Shown: in pieces, positions 17,287 through 25,549 of the stretch | Layout: every line of letters starts with the position of its first letter | How positions within the stretch are numbered: position 1 is the stretch's first letter | Assembly (NCBI GenBank): GCA_039831175.1 | Contig: JBDONU010000022.1 | Coordinates: forward strand, 1 to 46,504 | Direction: 5' to 3' | DNA: 46,504 nt | Source: Nautiliaceae bacterium | GTDB lineage: Bacteria; Campylobacterota; Campylobacteria; Campylobacterales; Nautiliaceae | Position numbers and translations under genes: made by a program | Notes under the pieces: model-generated | What the model was told of the DNA's origin: nothing | The model's database searches: none | What the model saw: the letters and a program-made list of their open reading frames with translations, nothing else

Positions 17287-18716
17287 TACATTCCTCCTAA
17301 GAAGCTAAATGCTTTATTTGCTAAGTCAAAAATTGGTTGAGGATTTATACCAAAATAAATAATCAAAAATGCAAACACACTAAGCGCAAATTTCTCAGCA
17401 AAATGCATACTAAAATCTGCTTTTGCTACTCTCTCACTCATTGGTCCGTGAATTACTCTTCTAATTGCCCAGATAATATACCCAGCACTAATAAGTCCTG
17501 CAAGCGCAATTACAGCAATCCACCATCCATAAGCCTTAACCGCTGATACGATAATAGTAAGCTCACCTACAAATCCCATTGTTCCTGGGAGTCCAAGTGC
17601 TGCCATACCAGCTAAAATGAAAATCGCACTAACATAAGGTGCCTTTTTCATAATTCCACCCATCTCATCCATATACCAAGTATGAGTTTTGTGATGTAAC
17701 CATCCAGCAATTAAAAATAGAGGCGAAATTACGAGTGCGTGTCCGATCATTTCATAAAGCGAAGCACTAAGCCCATCATAAGTCATAGTAGAAATTGCAA
17801 CCACTACAAGCCCCATATGTGAAATTGAAGAGTATGCAACCATCTTTTTAATATGTCTTTCATAAATTGCAAGAAATCCTGCATAAAGAGTAGTAATAAG
17901 TCCAAAAATCAACATCCATTTTGCAAACAATAAAGTACTAACTGGCATTAATTCAACCGTAAATCTAATAAGCCCATACGCTCCCATTTTAAGCAAAACC
18001 CCTGCTAAAAGCACTGAAATACTACTTGGAGCTTGAACATGCGCATCTGGTAGCCAAGTATGGAATGGAAACACTGGCAGCTTTGCTGCAAATCCCAAAA
18101 ACATAAGCCACCAAATAAGAGCTGGCGTTGCTAATAAAGCCTCTTTAATTGTAAGCAAATCCCAAACTCCTGTTTGAGCAAATAGTAAATAAAATCCAAC
18201 AAACATAAACATAGCAAATACATGAGTATAGATAAAAAATTTAATTGCTGCATAAATTCTATTCTCAGCTCCCCAAATCCCAACTAAAAATAGCATAGGC
18301 ACAAGAGTTAATTCCCAAAACATAAAAAACCACAAAACATTCGTAGTCATAAATACCCCAAAAATCGGACCGCTAAAAAAGATAAGCAAACTAAAATAAG
18401 CTGCTTGTTTTTTCTCTTCCCAAGATGTAAATACCACCAAAACCAAAAGTGCAGCAGTTAATAAAAGCATAGCCACACTTAATGCGTCAATTTGTAAAGT
18501 TAAAGAAAACGCAAATTGAGGCACTTTTAAAAATTCTCCAAGATATAAAAAGCTACCATCACTTGGAAGATGCTTATACCAATAAAAAGAGATAAAAAAT
18601 AGCACTAAAAACCAACCAAGTGCTATATACTTAGCTATATGCTGAGCGTTTCTTGTTAAAAAGTAAACAAGAGCCGCTCCAAACATAGGTGCAAAAATTA
18701 TACCTAACCCTACCAT
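17286..18716 (-). CDS. nuoM: Complex I-like antiporter subunit M
   Basis: FWELTLVPM, AAIKFFIYT, KLPVFPFHTWLPDAHVQAP, LLKMGAYG, LPGTMGFVGE. Confidence 0.93.
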   Translation of the reverse strand: MVGLGIIFAPMFGAALVYFLTRNAQHIAKYIALGWFLVLFFISFYWYKHLPSDGSFLYLGEFLKVPQFAFSLTLQIDALSVAMLLLTAALLVLVVFTSWEEKKQAAYFSLLIFFSGPIFGVFMTTNVLWFFMFWELTLVPMLFLVGIWGAENRIYAAIKFFIYTHVFAMFMFVGFYLLFAQTGVWDLLTIKEALLATPALIWWLMFLGFAAKLPVFPFHTWLPDAHVQAPSSISVLLAGVLLKMGAYGLIRFTVELMPVSTLLFAKWMLIFGLITTLYAGFLAIYERHIKKMVAYSSISHMGLVVVAISTMTYDGLSASLYEMIGHALVISPLFLIAGWLHHKTHTWYMDEMGGIMKKAPYVSAIFILAGMAALGLPGTMGFVGELTIIVSAVKAYGWWIAVIALAGLISAGYIIWAIRRVIHGPMSERVAKADFSMHFAEKFALSVFAFLIIYFGINPQPIFDLANKAFSFLGGM

Positions 18717-18717
18717 T

Positions 18718-20568
18718 TTATAGCCCCTTTACAATAATTAAAATAGCAATAACGATAATTGCAACTCCAAGAACAAATTGCCCCATATAAGTTCCAATTT
18801 TACCGCTATGACCTGCTCTAAATATTTTATAAACCGCATAAGTAAAGTTAACTGTTTTATTTACTATGTAATCTACTACATAAGTATCAAACCATCTTGC
18901 TGATTTTGCAATAGCACCAACGATAATATTTTTTGATACCCAGGTAATCATAGCCTCAACATAATATCCGTTAAACAAAACTTGGTGAATTGTTTGTACA
19001 AAATGGTGAGATGAAATTTTGTATAAAAGATTAAGTCCTTTAACATAAAGTCCAACTACAATTAAGAACAAAATAAGCATTCCAGTTAACATAAATGCAG
19101 TAAGTCCTGCTACATGAGGCTCAACTACTTCTCCACCTGTAATATAGCGGATAATATCGCTTTGCCAAATTGAAATAAATAGAGTTAAAAACGCCAAAAT
19201 TCCAAGTGGAAGTCTCATCCAAAGGTTACTTGGTTTGTGCACGCTTCCACCAATTGATTCATGTCTTGGCTCACCAAGGAAGATTAAAATCCAAAGTCTT
19301 GTAATATATGCAATTGAGAGAAGTGCTGCAATTGTAACAAATGTTTTTGTAAATCCATTACCCCATTCCCAAGCAGCAGCTACTACCATTTCCTTAGAGA
19401 AAAATCCACTAAATGGAGGAACACCTGCTAAGCTGAGTGAACCCATTGCCATAAATAGCGCAACAAATGGAGCCGTTTTAATAAGTCCTCCTAGTTTCCA
19501 AGCATCTTTTTGATGATGAGCAATATAAATTACAGCACCTGCACTTAAAAACAATAACGCTTTAAAAATTGCGTGGTTTACAAGATGAAGCATACCAGCT
19601 GCTAAGCTTCCAACTCCAAGTCCTACGAATGCAATTGATAAATGCGACATAGTTGAATATGCAAGAATTTTTTTAATCTCTTTTTGCACAAGAGCTGATG
19701 TTGACCCAATAAATGCACTAAGTGCTGCAACATTTGCAACAACAAATAAAGCATCCGTATAACTAAAAAAGTCAAAAAGTCTTGCAACAATATAAATACC
19801 ACTATTAACCATTGTAGCCCCATGGATAAGAGCCGAAACGGTTGTTGGACCTTCCATTGCATTCATAAGCCAAGGATAAAGTGGAAATTGACCTGATTTA
19901 CCAATAGCTCCCATAAAGATAAATAAAGCCGCAACCAATGCAATGGTTTTATCAATTTGTCCAGCATCTGCAAGTTTATTAAGCTCCACTAAATTTACAG
20001 TCCCAACATAATACATCAAAAGCGCAATTGCCGCTAAGATAAAAATATCCCCAAATCTTGTATAAAGAAATGCCTGCATACCAGCATTTGCAGCTGAATC
20101 TTTATAATACCAAAAGCTAATTAATAGATAACTTGCAAGTCCCATAAATTCCCAACCAACAAAAGCTCCAATTAAATCTTTTGTAATAACAAGCAAAATC
20201 ATACCACCAATAAAGAATAAAACTTTTGCATAATATCTTGGCTGGTCTGGATCTTCACCCATATAATCGTGAGCAAAGTGAATATCCAAAAATCCAAGCC
20301 CCGTTGCTACTAAAAGCATTACAATTGAGAGATGATCGATATAAATTCCAAAAGGTAATTGTAAATTACCATAAGCTATCCAAGTGTAATCAATATCAAT
20401 CACGGTATCTGAATATTTCAAAAACAAAACTACACTTGCTAAAAACAACACAAACCCTACAACCTCTGCTACCCAAAATGCAAGTTCTCTTTTTGCCTTT
20501 CCTAATACATACGCTAATACAGCACCAACAAAAGGAGCCGTTAGTAATATAAATACTGCATTATTCAT
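18718..20568 (-). CDS. nuoL: Complex I-like antiporter subunit L
   Basis: WEFMGLASYLLI, GKSGQFPLYPWL..AMEGPTTVSALIH, HAIFKALLFL; C-terminal transverse-helix region. Confidence 0.93.
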   Translation of the reverse strand: MNNAVFILLTAPFVGAVLAYVLGKAKRELAFWVAEVVGFVLFLASVVLFLKYSDTVIDIDYTWIAYGNLQLPFGIYIDHLSIVMLLVATGLGFLDIHFAHDYMGEDPDQPRYYAKVLFFIGGMILLVITKDLIGAFVGWEFMGLASYLLISFWYYKDSAANAGMQAFLYTRFGDIFILAAIALLMYYVGTVNLVELNKLADAGQIDKTIALVAALFIFMGAIGKSGQFPLYPWLMNAMEGPTTVSALIHGATMVNSGIYIVARLFDFFSYTDALFVVANVAALSAFIGSTSALVQKEIKKILAYSTMSHLSIAFVGLGVGSLAAGMLHLVNHAIFKALLFLSAGAVIYIAHHQKDAWKLGGLIKTAPFVALFMAMGSLSLAGVPPFSGFFSKEMVVAAAWEWGNGFTKTFVTIAALLSIAYITRLWILIFLGEPRHESIGGSVHKPSNLWMRLPLGILAFLTLFISIWQSDIIRYITGGEVVEPHVAGLTAFMLTGMLILFLIVVGLYVKGLNLLYKISSHHFVQTIHQVLFNGYYVEAMITWVSKNIIVGAIAKSARWFDTYVVDYIVNKTVNFTYAVYKIFRAGHSGKIGTYMGQFVLGVAIIVIAILIIVKGL

Positions 20569-20869
20569 CGTTCACCGCCTTATCTAAGTGGTCTGGGATT
20601 ACTTCTCCTGTCATTCTGTTTGCAAGGATAAAGATTAAAACTCCCGCTGCCGCTTCAAGAGTTGCAATTACAATTACCACATAAGCAATTGCAAGCCCTC
20701 TTGTAAGCCCAAAGTGATACGCCGCACTTGCTAATAGTAAAATTACGGCATTTAAAAGCATTTCAAGTGAAAAGAAAATTTTTAAAAAATCACTCTTACT
20801 AGTTACCCCATAAAGCCCTACCCCAAAAAGGATAATTGCCGCTATTGCATCAATATAAAACCCAACCAT
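20561..20869 (-). CDS. nuoK: Complex I-like subunit K
   Basis: 3 TM helices; SLEMLLNA and LEAAAG conserved glutamates. Confidence 0.88.
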   Translation of the reverse strand: MVGFYIDAIAAIILFGVGLYGVTSKSDFLKIFFSLEMLLNAVILLLASAAYHFGLTRGLAIAYVVIVIATLEAAAGVLIFILANRMTGEVIPDHLDKAVNDE

Positions 20870-20872
20870 TTT

Positions 20873-21340
20873 TTATTCCTTTCCATACTTTAAAGTATGA
20901 AGCATTCTAATACTTCCATATAATACACTTGCCGCTACAACTCCCATAAATACCGCAATTTCAGCATAAAAATCTGTAAAGATTTTTACTTGGTCTTTTA
21001 GAGGAATTGGCTTTCCGCCAAGTGGCATACTTGGAAGCAAAAATGGCACAATCAAAAATCCAATAATTACAATAGTCACAATACTCACAGCCCAAGGTCT
21101 AATTTCAAATTTAGGGAATTTTACACCAATAATTGTAACCCCAAATAGAGTCAAGACTACAATTCCTCCGGTATAAACAAAAATTTGGAAAAGTCCAAGC
21201 AACTTCTCATCCATAAGAATGTAATAAATTCCAAGTAAAAACATCATTAAAACAAAGGACAATACCGCTGGGACGGTATTTTTTTGAGCTAAACTCATAA
21301 TTGCAAGGATAATAACGATTGCTAAAATCAATACACTCAT
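20873..21340 (-). CDS. nuoJ: Complex I-like subunit J
   Basis: QIFVYTGGIVVL motif; 5 TM helices; position between I and K. Confidence 0.88.
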   Translation of the reverse strand: MSVLILAIVIILAIMSLAQKNTVPAVLSFVLMMFLLGIYYILMDEKLLGLFQIFVYTGGIVVLTLFGVTIIGVKFPKFEIRPWAVSIVTIVIIGFLIVPFLLPSMPLGGKPIPLKDQVKIFTDFYAEIAVFMGVVAASVLYGSIRMLHTLKYGKE

Positions 21341-21954
21341 TTTGATTCCTCCTCTTTTTGTACCTTAGCGACTTCTTTATTACTCTTAGAATCTGTTTTT
21401 GGCTTAACTTCCGCACTTTTAGATTCATCTGTTTTTGGCTGAATTTCCTCAGTTTTTTTCGCTTCTGCTGCTTTTTTTGCTGCTTGTGCTTTTTTCTTAG
21501 CCATAGCCTCTTTTTTCTTTCTTGCTTTTTCTTCTTCCTCTTTCTTCTTAGCCTCTATCCACTCCTGAGGAATATCAACTCTAACCCAAAAGCTATCAAG
21601 AGCTTCTGGCGTTCCATCTGTAATCATCTCAATATCACCACCACTTAACTTAATCGCCTTTGGCTTAGTAGGACAAACATCCTCACAAAGCCCACAGAAA
21701 ATACAAATAGCCAAATTTACTTCTGGCACAATCCTTGGCTTTTTAAGAGGAAGCGGTTTCATTTTAATCGCATCAACTGGGCAAATTTTATTACAAGCAT
21801 CACATCCAATGCATAGCTCATATTTAATTTCGTGTTTTCCCCTAAAAATAGGTGATTTATGAGCTGGTTCTTTTACTACATCTTTTATTGCAATTCTTGG
21901 CTCGGTTATAGCTTTTAATACCCTTATTACTTTTTCGCTAATTTCAAAAATCAT
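21337..21954 (-). CDS. nuoI: Complex I-like 2x[4Fe-4S] subunit I with a Lys/Glu/Ala-rich tail
   Basis: FRGKH, CIGCDACNKICP, CIFCGLCEDVCP. Confidence 0.9.
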   Translation of the reverse strand: MIFEISEKVIRVLKAITEPRIAIKDVVKEPAHKSPIFRGKHEIKYELCIGCDACNKICPVDAIKMKPLPLKKPRIVPEVNLAICIFCGLCEDVCPTKPKAIKLSGGDIEMITDGTPEALDSFWVRVDIPQEWIEAKKKEEEEKARKKKEAMAKKKAQAAKKAAEAKKTEEIQPKTDESKSAEVKPKTDSKSNKEVAKVQKEEESK

Positions 21955-21955
21955 C

Positions 21956-22927
21956 TTAAACTCCTATAATGTATAGTTTTGCAAAAACTACCCAAACTAA
22001 ATTTAAAATCGCAAGAGGAGTTAACCAGCTCCAACAAAATTTTAACATCTGGTCAAGTCTAAGTCTTGGGTTTGATGCTCTAATTGCTACCATAATTACT
22101 GCAAGAAGCGCGATTTTTAAAAACAACCACCAAAAACTATCAAAGAAAATCCCTCTATACCCACCAAAAAACAATGTAACAGCTGCTGCACTTACTACTA
22201 AAATCTCCGTAAATTCAGCAAATTTAAGCAACACATAGTTTGTTCCCGCATACTCTGTATAAAATCCATATACAATCTCTTGCTCAGCATCTGGAATATG
22301 AAAAGGAGGTTGTTCTAAAATTCCAAGCATTGTAATAATAAAAATAATTGCACCTGGGAGCAAGATAAGGGTTGTAAGCCAATTGTTGCTATACATAATT
22401 TCATACAAATTCATTGTCCCAAACAGAAGTGCTGGTGAGAGAGCTGCTAAGAAAAATGGTGCTTCCATTGAAATCATTTGAGCCAAAATCCTCATCCCCC
22501 CAAGGAATGAGTACTTGTTATGACTTCCAAAACCTGTTAAGAAAAGTAAGAAAGGCTCAACTCCAATTAATACAACAAGCCCTAAAACTCCATATTCTGT
22601 ATCTAAAATTCCTCTTCCATTATTAATAAGTGGCGACCATGGAATAAGAATCACTGGAAGTGCCGCCACAAGAGGAGTAATAATTGGAATGATATTAAAA
22701 AGATACGGATCAGCACTTTTTGGAGTAATTGATTCTTTTGTCAAAAGCTTAAACACATCATAAACTGTTTGCAATGTCCCAGCTGGTCCATTATAGTGAG
22801 GTCCTACCCTTTTATGCACATATGCTAAAACTTTTCTTGCAAAGTAAAACACAAAAAACGTCCACAAAAGCAAAAACAAAAGCCCTGGAAACACAAAAAT
22901 ATAAAATAGCATACTTCCAATACTCAT
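21956..22927 (-). CDS. nuoH: Complex I-like subunit H
   Basis: RKVLAY..KRVGP, DVFKLLTKE, NKYSFLGGMR, PFHIPDAEQEIVYGFYTEY, PRLRLDQ. Confidence 0.92.
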   Translation of the reverse strand: MSIGSMLFYIFVFPGLLFLLLWTFFVFYFARKVLAYVHKRVGPHYNGPAGTLQTVYDVFKLLTKESITPKSADPYLFNIIPIITPLVAALPVILIPWSPLINNGRGILDTEYGVLGLVVLIGVEPFLLFLTGFGSHNKYSFLGGMRILAQMISMEAPFFLAALSPALLFGTMNLYEIMYSNNWLTTLILLPGAIIFIITMLGILEQPPFHIPDAEQEIVYGFYTEYAGTNYVLLKFAEFTEILVVSAAAVTLFFGGYRGIFFDSFWWLFLKIALLAVIMVAIRASNPRLRLDQMLKFCWSWLTPLAILNLVWVVFAKLYIIGV

Positions 22928-22936
22928 CTTCTCTCC

Positions 22937-24610
22937 TTATCTATCTAAGTCACCCTGACAGATATGCATACTTCCATAAAGAAGCGGAATATCTGAGAGG
23001 GTATGTCCTGGTAATAGCTCTTCTAAAACTTTTGTATGATTTACACTTGGTGCTTTTAATTTTAATCTATAAGGAGTCGTCGCTTTTGGCTTTGTCACAA
23101 GATGCATAAGTATCTCACCTCTTGCCCACTCAACTCTGGTAACTGCTTCACCTTCTGGAAGTCTTTTTGGCATTTTAACAAGATGATCTTTTTTAGGATC
23201 CATTTCTCCTGCTTCAACCCCTTCTTCAATTTTTTTCATAGCCTGTTTAATTAAATCAATCGCTTGATCAACCTCTTTTACAATGATATAAAGTCTATCT
23301 CTTGTATCCCCATTTTCACAAGTTACATAATCCATTTCAAGCTCGCCATAAGCTGCATAAGGTTCATCAATTCTTACATCAATTTTTGCACCACTTGCCC
23401 TTGCAATTGGACCTGCAAGATAAAACTCTTCAACATCTTTTAAACTAAATTTTCCAGCATCTTTTGCTCTAACGCTCATAAGAGGGTTTTTTAAGAAAAT
23501 ATCTTCAATATCTGGTCTTATATCTTCCCATTTTTTAATAGCTTTATTTATTTCATCAAACCAAGCTTTATAATCATTTAAAGGATACCTAACTCCACCT
23601 GGTTCTATACAAGAAGTTGCAATTCTTGCACCTGAATAATCTTCAAGAACATCCAAGAAATACTCTCTCACATCAAGACACCACATCAAGAATGTTTGAA
23701 GTCCCATTGTTCCAAAAAATCCACCCATTGAAATAAGATGAGATGCAATTCTTCCAGTCTCTCCTAAAATAACTCTCATATACTTTGCAAAAGGAGTTAT
23801 CTCTTTCCCAGCAATCTCTTCAACTGCCTGAGAATAACAAATCATAGGGTTTGGGTTATCCATAAAACAGATTCTCTCAACCGCAACAATTGCACCTATA
23901 AAATCTTTTCTCTCAGCAAGATGTTCCAACGCCCTCCAAACATAACCAATATCTGGTTCTACTTTTTCAATATTTTCGCCATCCACAAACACTTTAAGTC
24001 TAATCGGACCACTTGCTGGATGAGTTGGTCCCCAATGAAGCACTGTTCTACTCCCTTCATGCCCCATTGTTTTTTCATGCTCTTCATATTCTTTGAAAAA
24101 CTCTTCTGTAATTGCATTTACATTCTCAATAAGGTTTTTTTCGTGCTCTTTCCAATCAAAATCTTTTCTAAACGGATATTTCCCATAATAATCTCTACTT
24201 ATTAAGAAATACCTTAAATTTGGATGACCTACAAATTTTACTCCATAAGTTGAATATGCTTCAAGCTCATGATAATCAGCACTTGGAAATTCTGGGGTAA
24301 TTGAATCAATCTCACAACTTTCTAAATCTCTTGGTAAATCTACTTTTAGCCAAACATTAACTTTTTCTTTCTCTTTACTTGAAACTGATGGATTTAAACC
24401 TTCAAGAAAATAATTTACTTCAATTCTATTTTCATCAATAAAATCCGTTGGTGAAACAGTCGAACAAGTTTTAATGCCTGCTTTTTTTAATTCTCTTACA
24501 AGAGGAAGCAAATCTTCTTTATTTTTTAGCTTTGCTTTTACCCAAGATTTATAATCCTCTACATACTCTACATCAAATTTTGAAATAATATTTTTAATCT
24601 CTTCTCTCAT
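22937..24610 (-). CDS. Fused NuoC/NuoD-like subunit with Fpo/MBS-like catalytic region
   Basis: NuoC part E.E....GV.F.GHPNLR...PFRKDF. D part GPTHPASGPIRL, ERICFMD, VEWARGE, PYRLK, C-terminus HICQGDLDR. Confidence 0.9.
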   Translation of the reverse strand: MREEIKNIISKFDVEYVEDYKSWVKAKLKNKEDLLPLVRELKKAGIKTCSTVSPTDFIDENRIEVNYFLEGLNPSVSSKEKEKVNVWLKVDLPRDLESCEIDSITPEFPSADYHELEAYSTYGVKFVGHPNLRYFLISRDYYGKYPFRKDFDWKEHEKNLIENVNAITEEFFKEYEEHEKTMGHEGSRTVLHWGPTHPASGPIRLKVFVDGENIEKVEPDIGYVWRALEHLAERKDFIGAIVAVERICFMDNPNPMICYSQAVEEIAGKEITPFAKYMRVILGETGRIASHLISMGGFFGTMGLQTFLMWCLDVREYFLDVLEDYSGARIATSCIEPGGVRYPLNDYKAWFDEINKAIKKWEDIRPDIEDIFLKNPLMSVRAKDAGKFSLKDVEEFYLAGPIARASGAKIDVRIDEPYAAYGELEMDYVTCENGDTRDRLYIIVKEVDQAIDLIKQAMKKIEEGVEAGEMDPKKDHLVKMPKRLPEGEAVTRVEWARGEILMHLVTKPKATTPYRLKLKAPSVNHTKVLEELLPGHTLSDIPLLYGSMHICQGDLDR

Positions 24611-24619
24611 TTCTCACCC

Positions 24620-25093
24620 CTAAAATTTCATTTGTTTCCATAAGCCACCTTGACTTGAAGCTGATGGCTCACCTCTTTTAATTTTTTCTTTAAGTTCTTC
24701 AAGTCCTGCAATAATTGCCTCTGGTTTTGGAGGACATCCAGCAACAAACACATCAGCCGGTAAAATCTCTGTCATATTTTTAATAACTGATTCACTATCA
24801 TTATAAGGACCTCCATCATAAGCACACGCCCCAATTGCCACAACATACCTTGGTTCTGGCATTTGCTCATAAGTTCTAAGAAGTGCTGGAAGGATTTTTT
24901 TACTCACAAGCCCAGTAATAAAAATAATATCAGCTTGCCTTGGAGTTGGAGTCATAATATATCCATACCTCTCCCAATCATACCTTGGCCCCATAGCCGC
25001 AAGCATCTCTAATGAACAACATCCACTACAAAAATGAACAATCCAAGGAGACTTACTCCTTGCATAGTTAAAAAAATCAAGCACCTTTAACAT
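24620..25093 (-). CDS. nuoB: Complex I-like Fe-S subunit B
   Basis: CSGCCSLEM, PRYDWERYG, TPRQAD, YEQMPEPRYVVAIGACA, GCPPKPEA. Confidence 0.92.
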   Translation of the reverse strand: MLKVLDFFNYARSKSPWIVHFCSGCCSLEMLAAMGPRYDWERYGYIMTPTPRQADIIFITGLVSKKILPALLRTYEQMPEPRYVVAIGACAYDGGPYNDSESVIKNMTEILPADVFVAGCPPKPEAIIAGLEELKEKIKRGEPSASSQGGLWKQMKF

Positions 25094-25433
25094 TTCTAAA
25101 CTCCTTTGAATTTCTATACTCTTTCATACTAACTGTAATTGCCGTAAACAATAAAAATCCAAACACCATCGCCCAATGAAGAGCCTCTTTATTATCTGCA
25201 AAAACAAATAAACTAAAAAACAACCCAGCCATATCAAACACAATAAAAGCAATTGCAAAAATAAAATACCCAAAATTTGCTTTCATTGGCACTTCACTAC
25301 TTGGAGGAAGCCCACACTCAAAATGGTCATTTTTAATCTCTCCTGGATTATAAGGAGCAACAGCAATACCCAAAAAGTAAAGAAGTAAAACACCACCTAA
25401 AATACCACTTGCAAAAATTAAAATAGTCTCCAT
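25077..25433 (-). CDS. nuoA: Complex I-like subunit A
   Basis: K...FECG loop, YFIFAIAFIVFD, 3 TM helices; AAGGAG RBS. Confidence 0.88.
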   Translation of the reverse strand: METILIFASGILGGVLLLYFLGIAVAPYNPGEIKNDHFECGLPPSSEVPMKANFGYFIFAIAFIVFDMAGLFFSLFVFADNKEALHWAMVFGFLLFTAITVSMKEYRNSKEFRNVKGA

Positions 25434-25473
25434 TAACTCTCCTTACTAAATTAAGACTTTTTTTCTATTTTTT

Positions 25474-25534
25474 ATTATAAGAAAAATTTATAAAAAAAAA
25501 GAAGTAGATATTAAATGATTATTAAATTTAATAA
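25474..25534 (-). promoter_or_regulatory. Putative promoter of the complex I-like operon
   Basis: Minus-strand TATAAT at 25474-25479; perfect 16-bp palindrome TTATTAAATTTAATAA at 25519-25534. Confidence 0.4.
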
Positions 25535-25549
25535 AAAAGTTACTTAAAG

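Noticed and set aside
22937-25093. Group 4 NiFe hydrogenase call for the B and CD genes
   Set aside because: Both CxxC Ni-binding motifs read CxxD, the C-terminus ends in DLDR, and no maturation genes are nearby.
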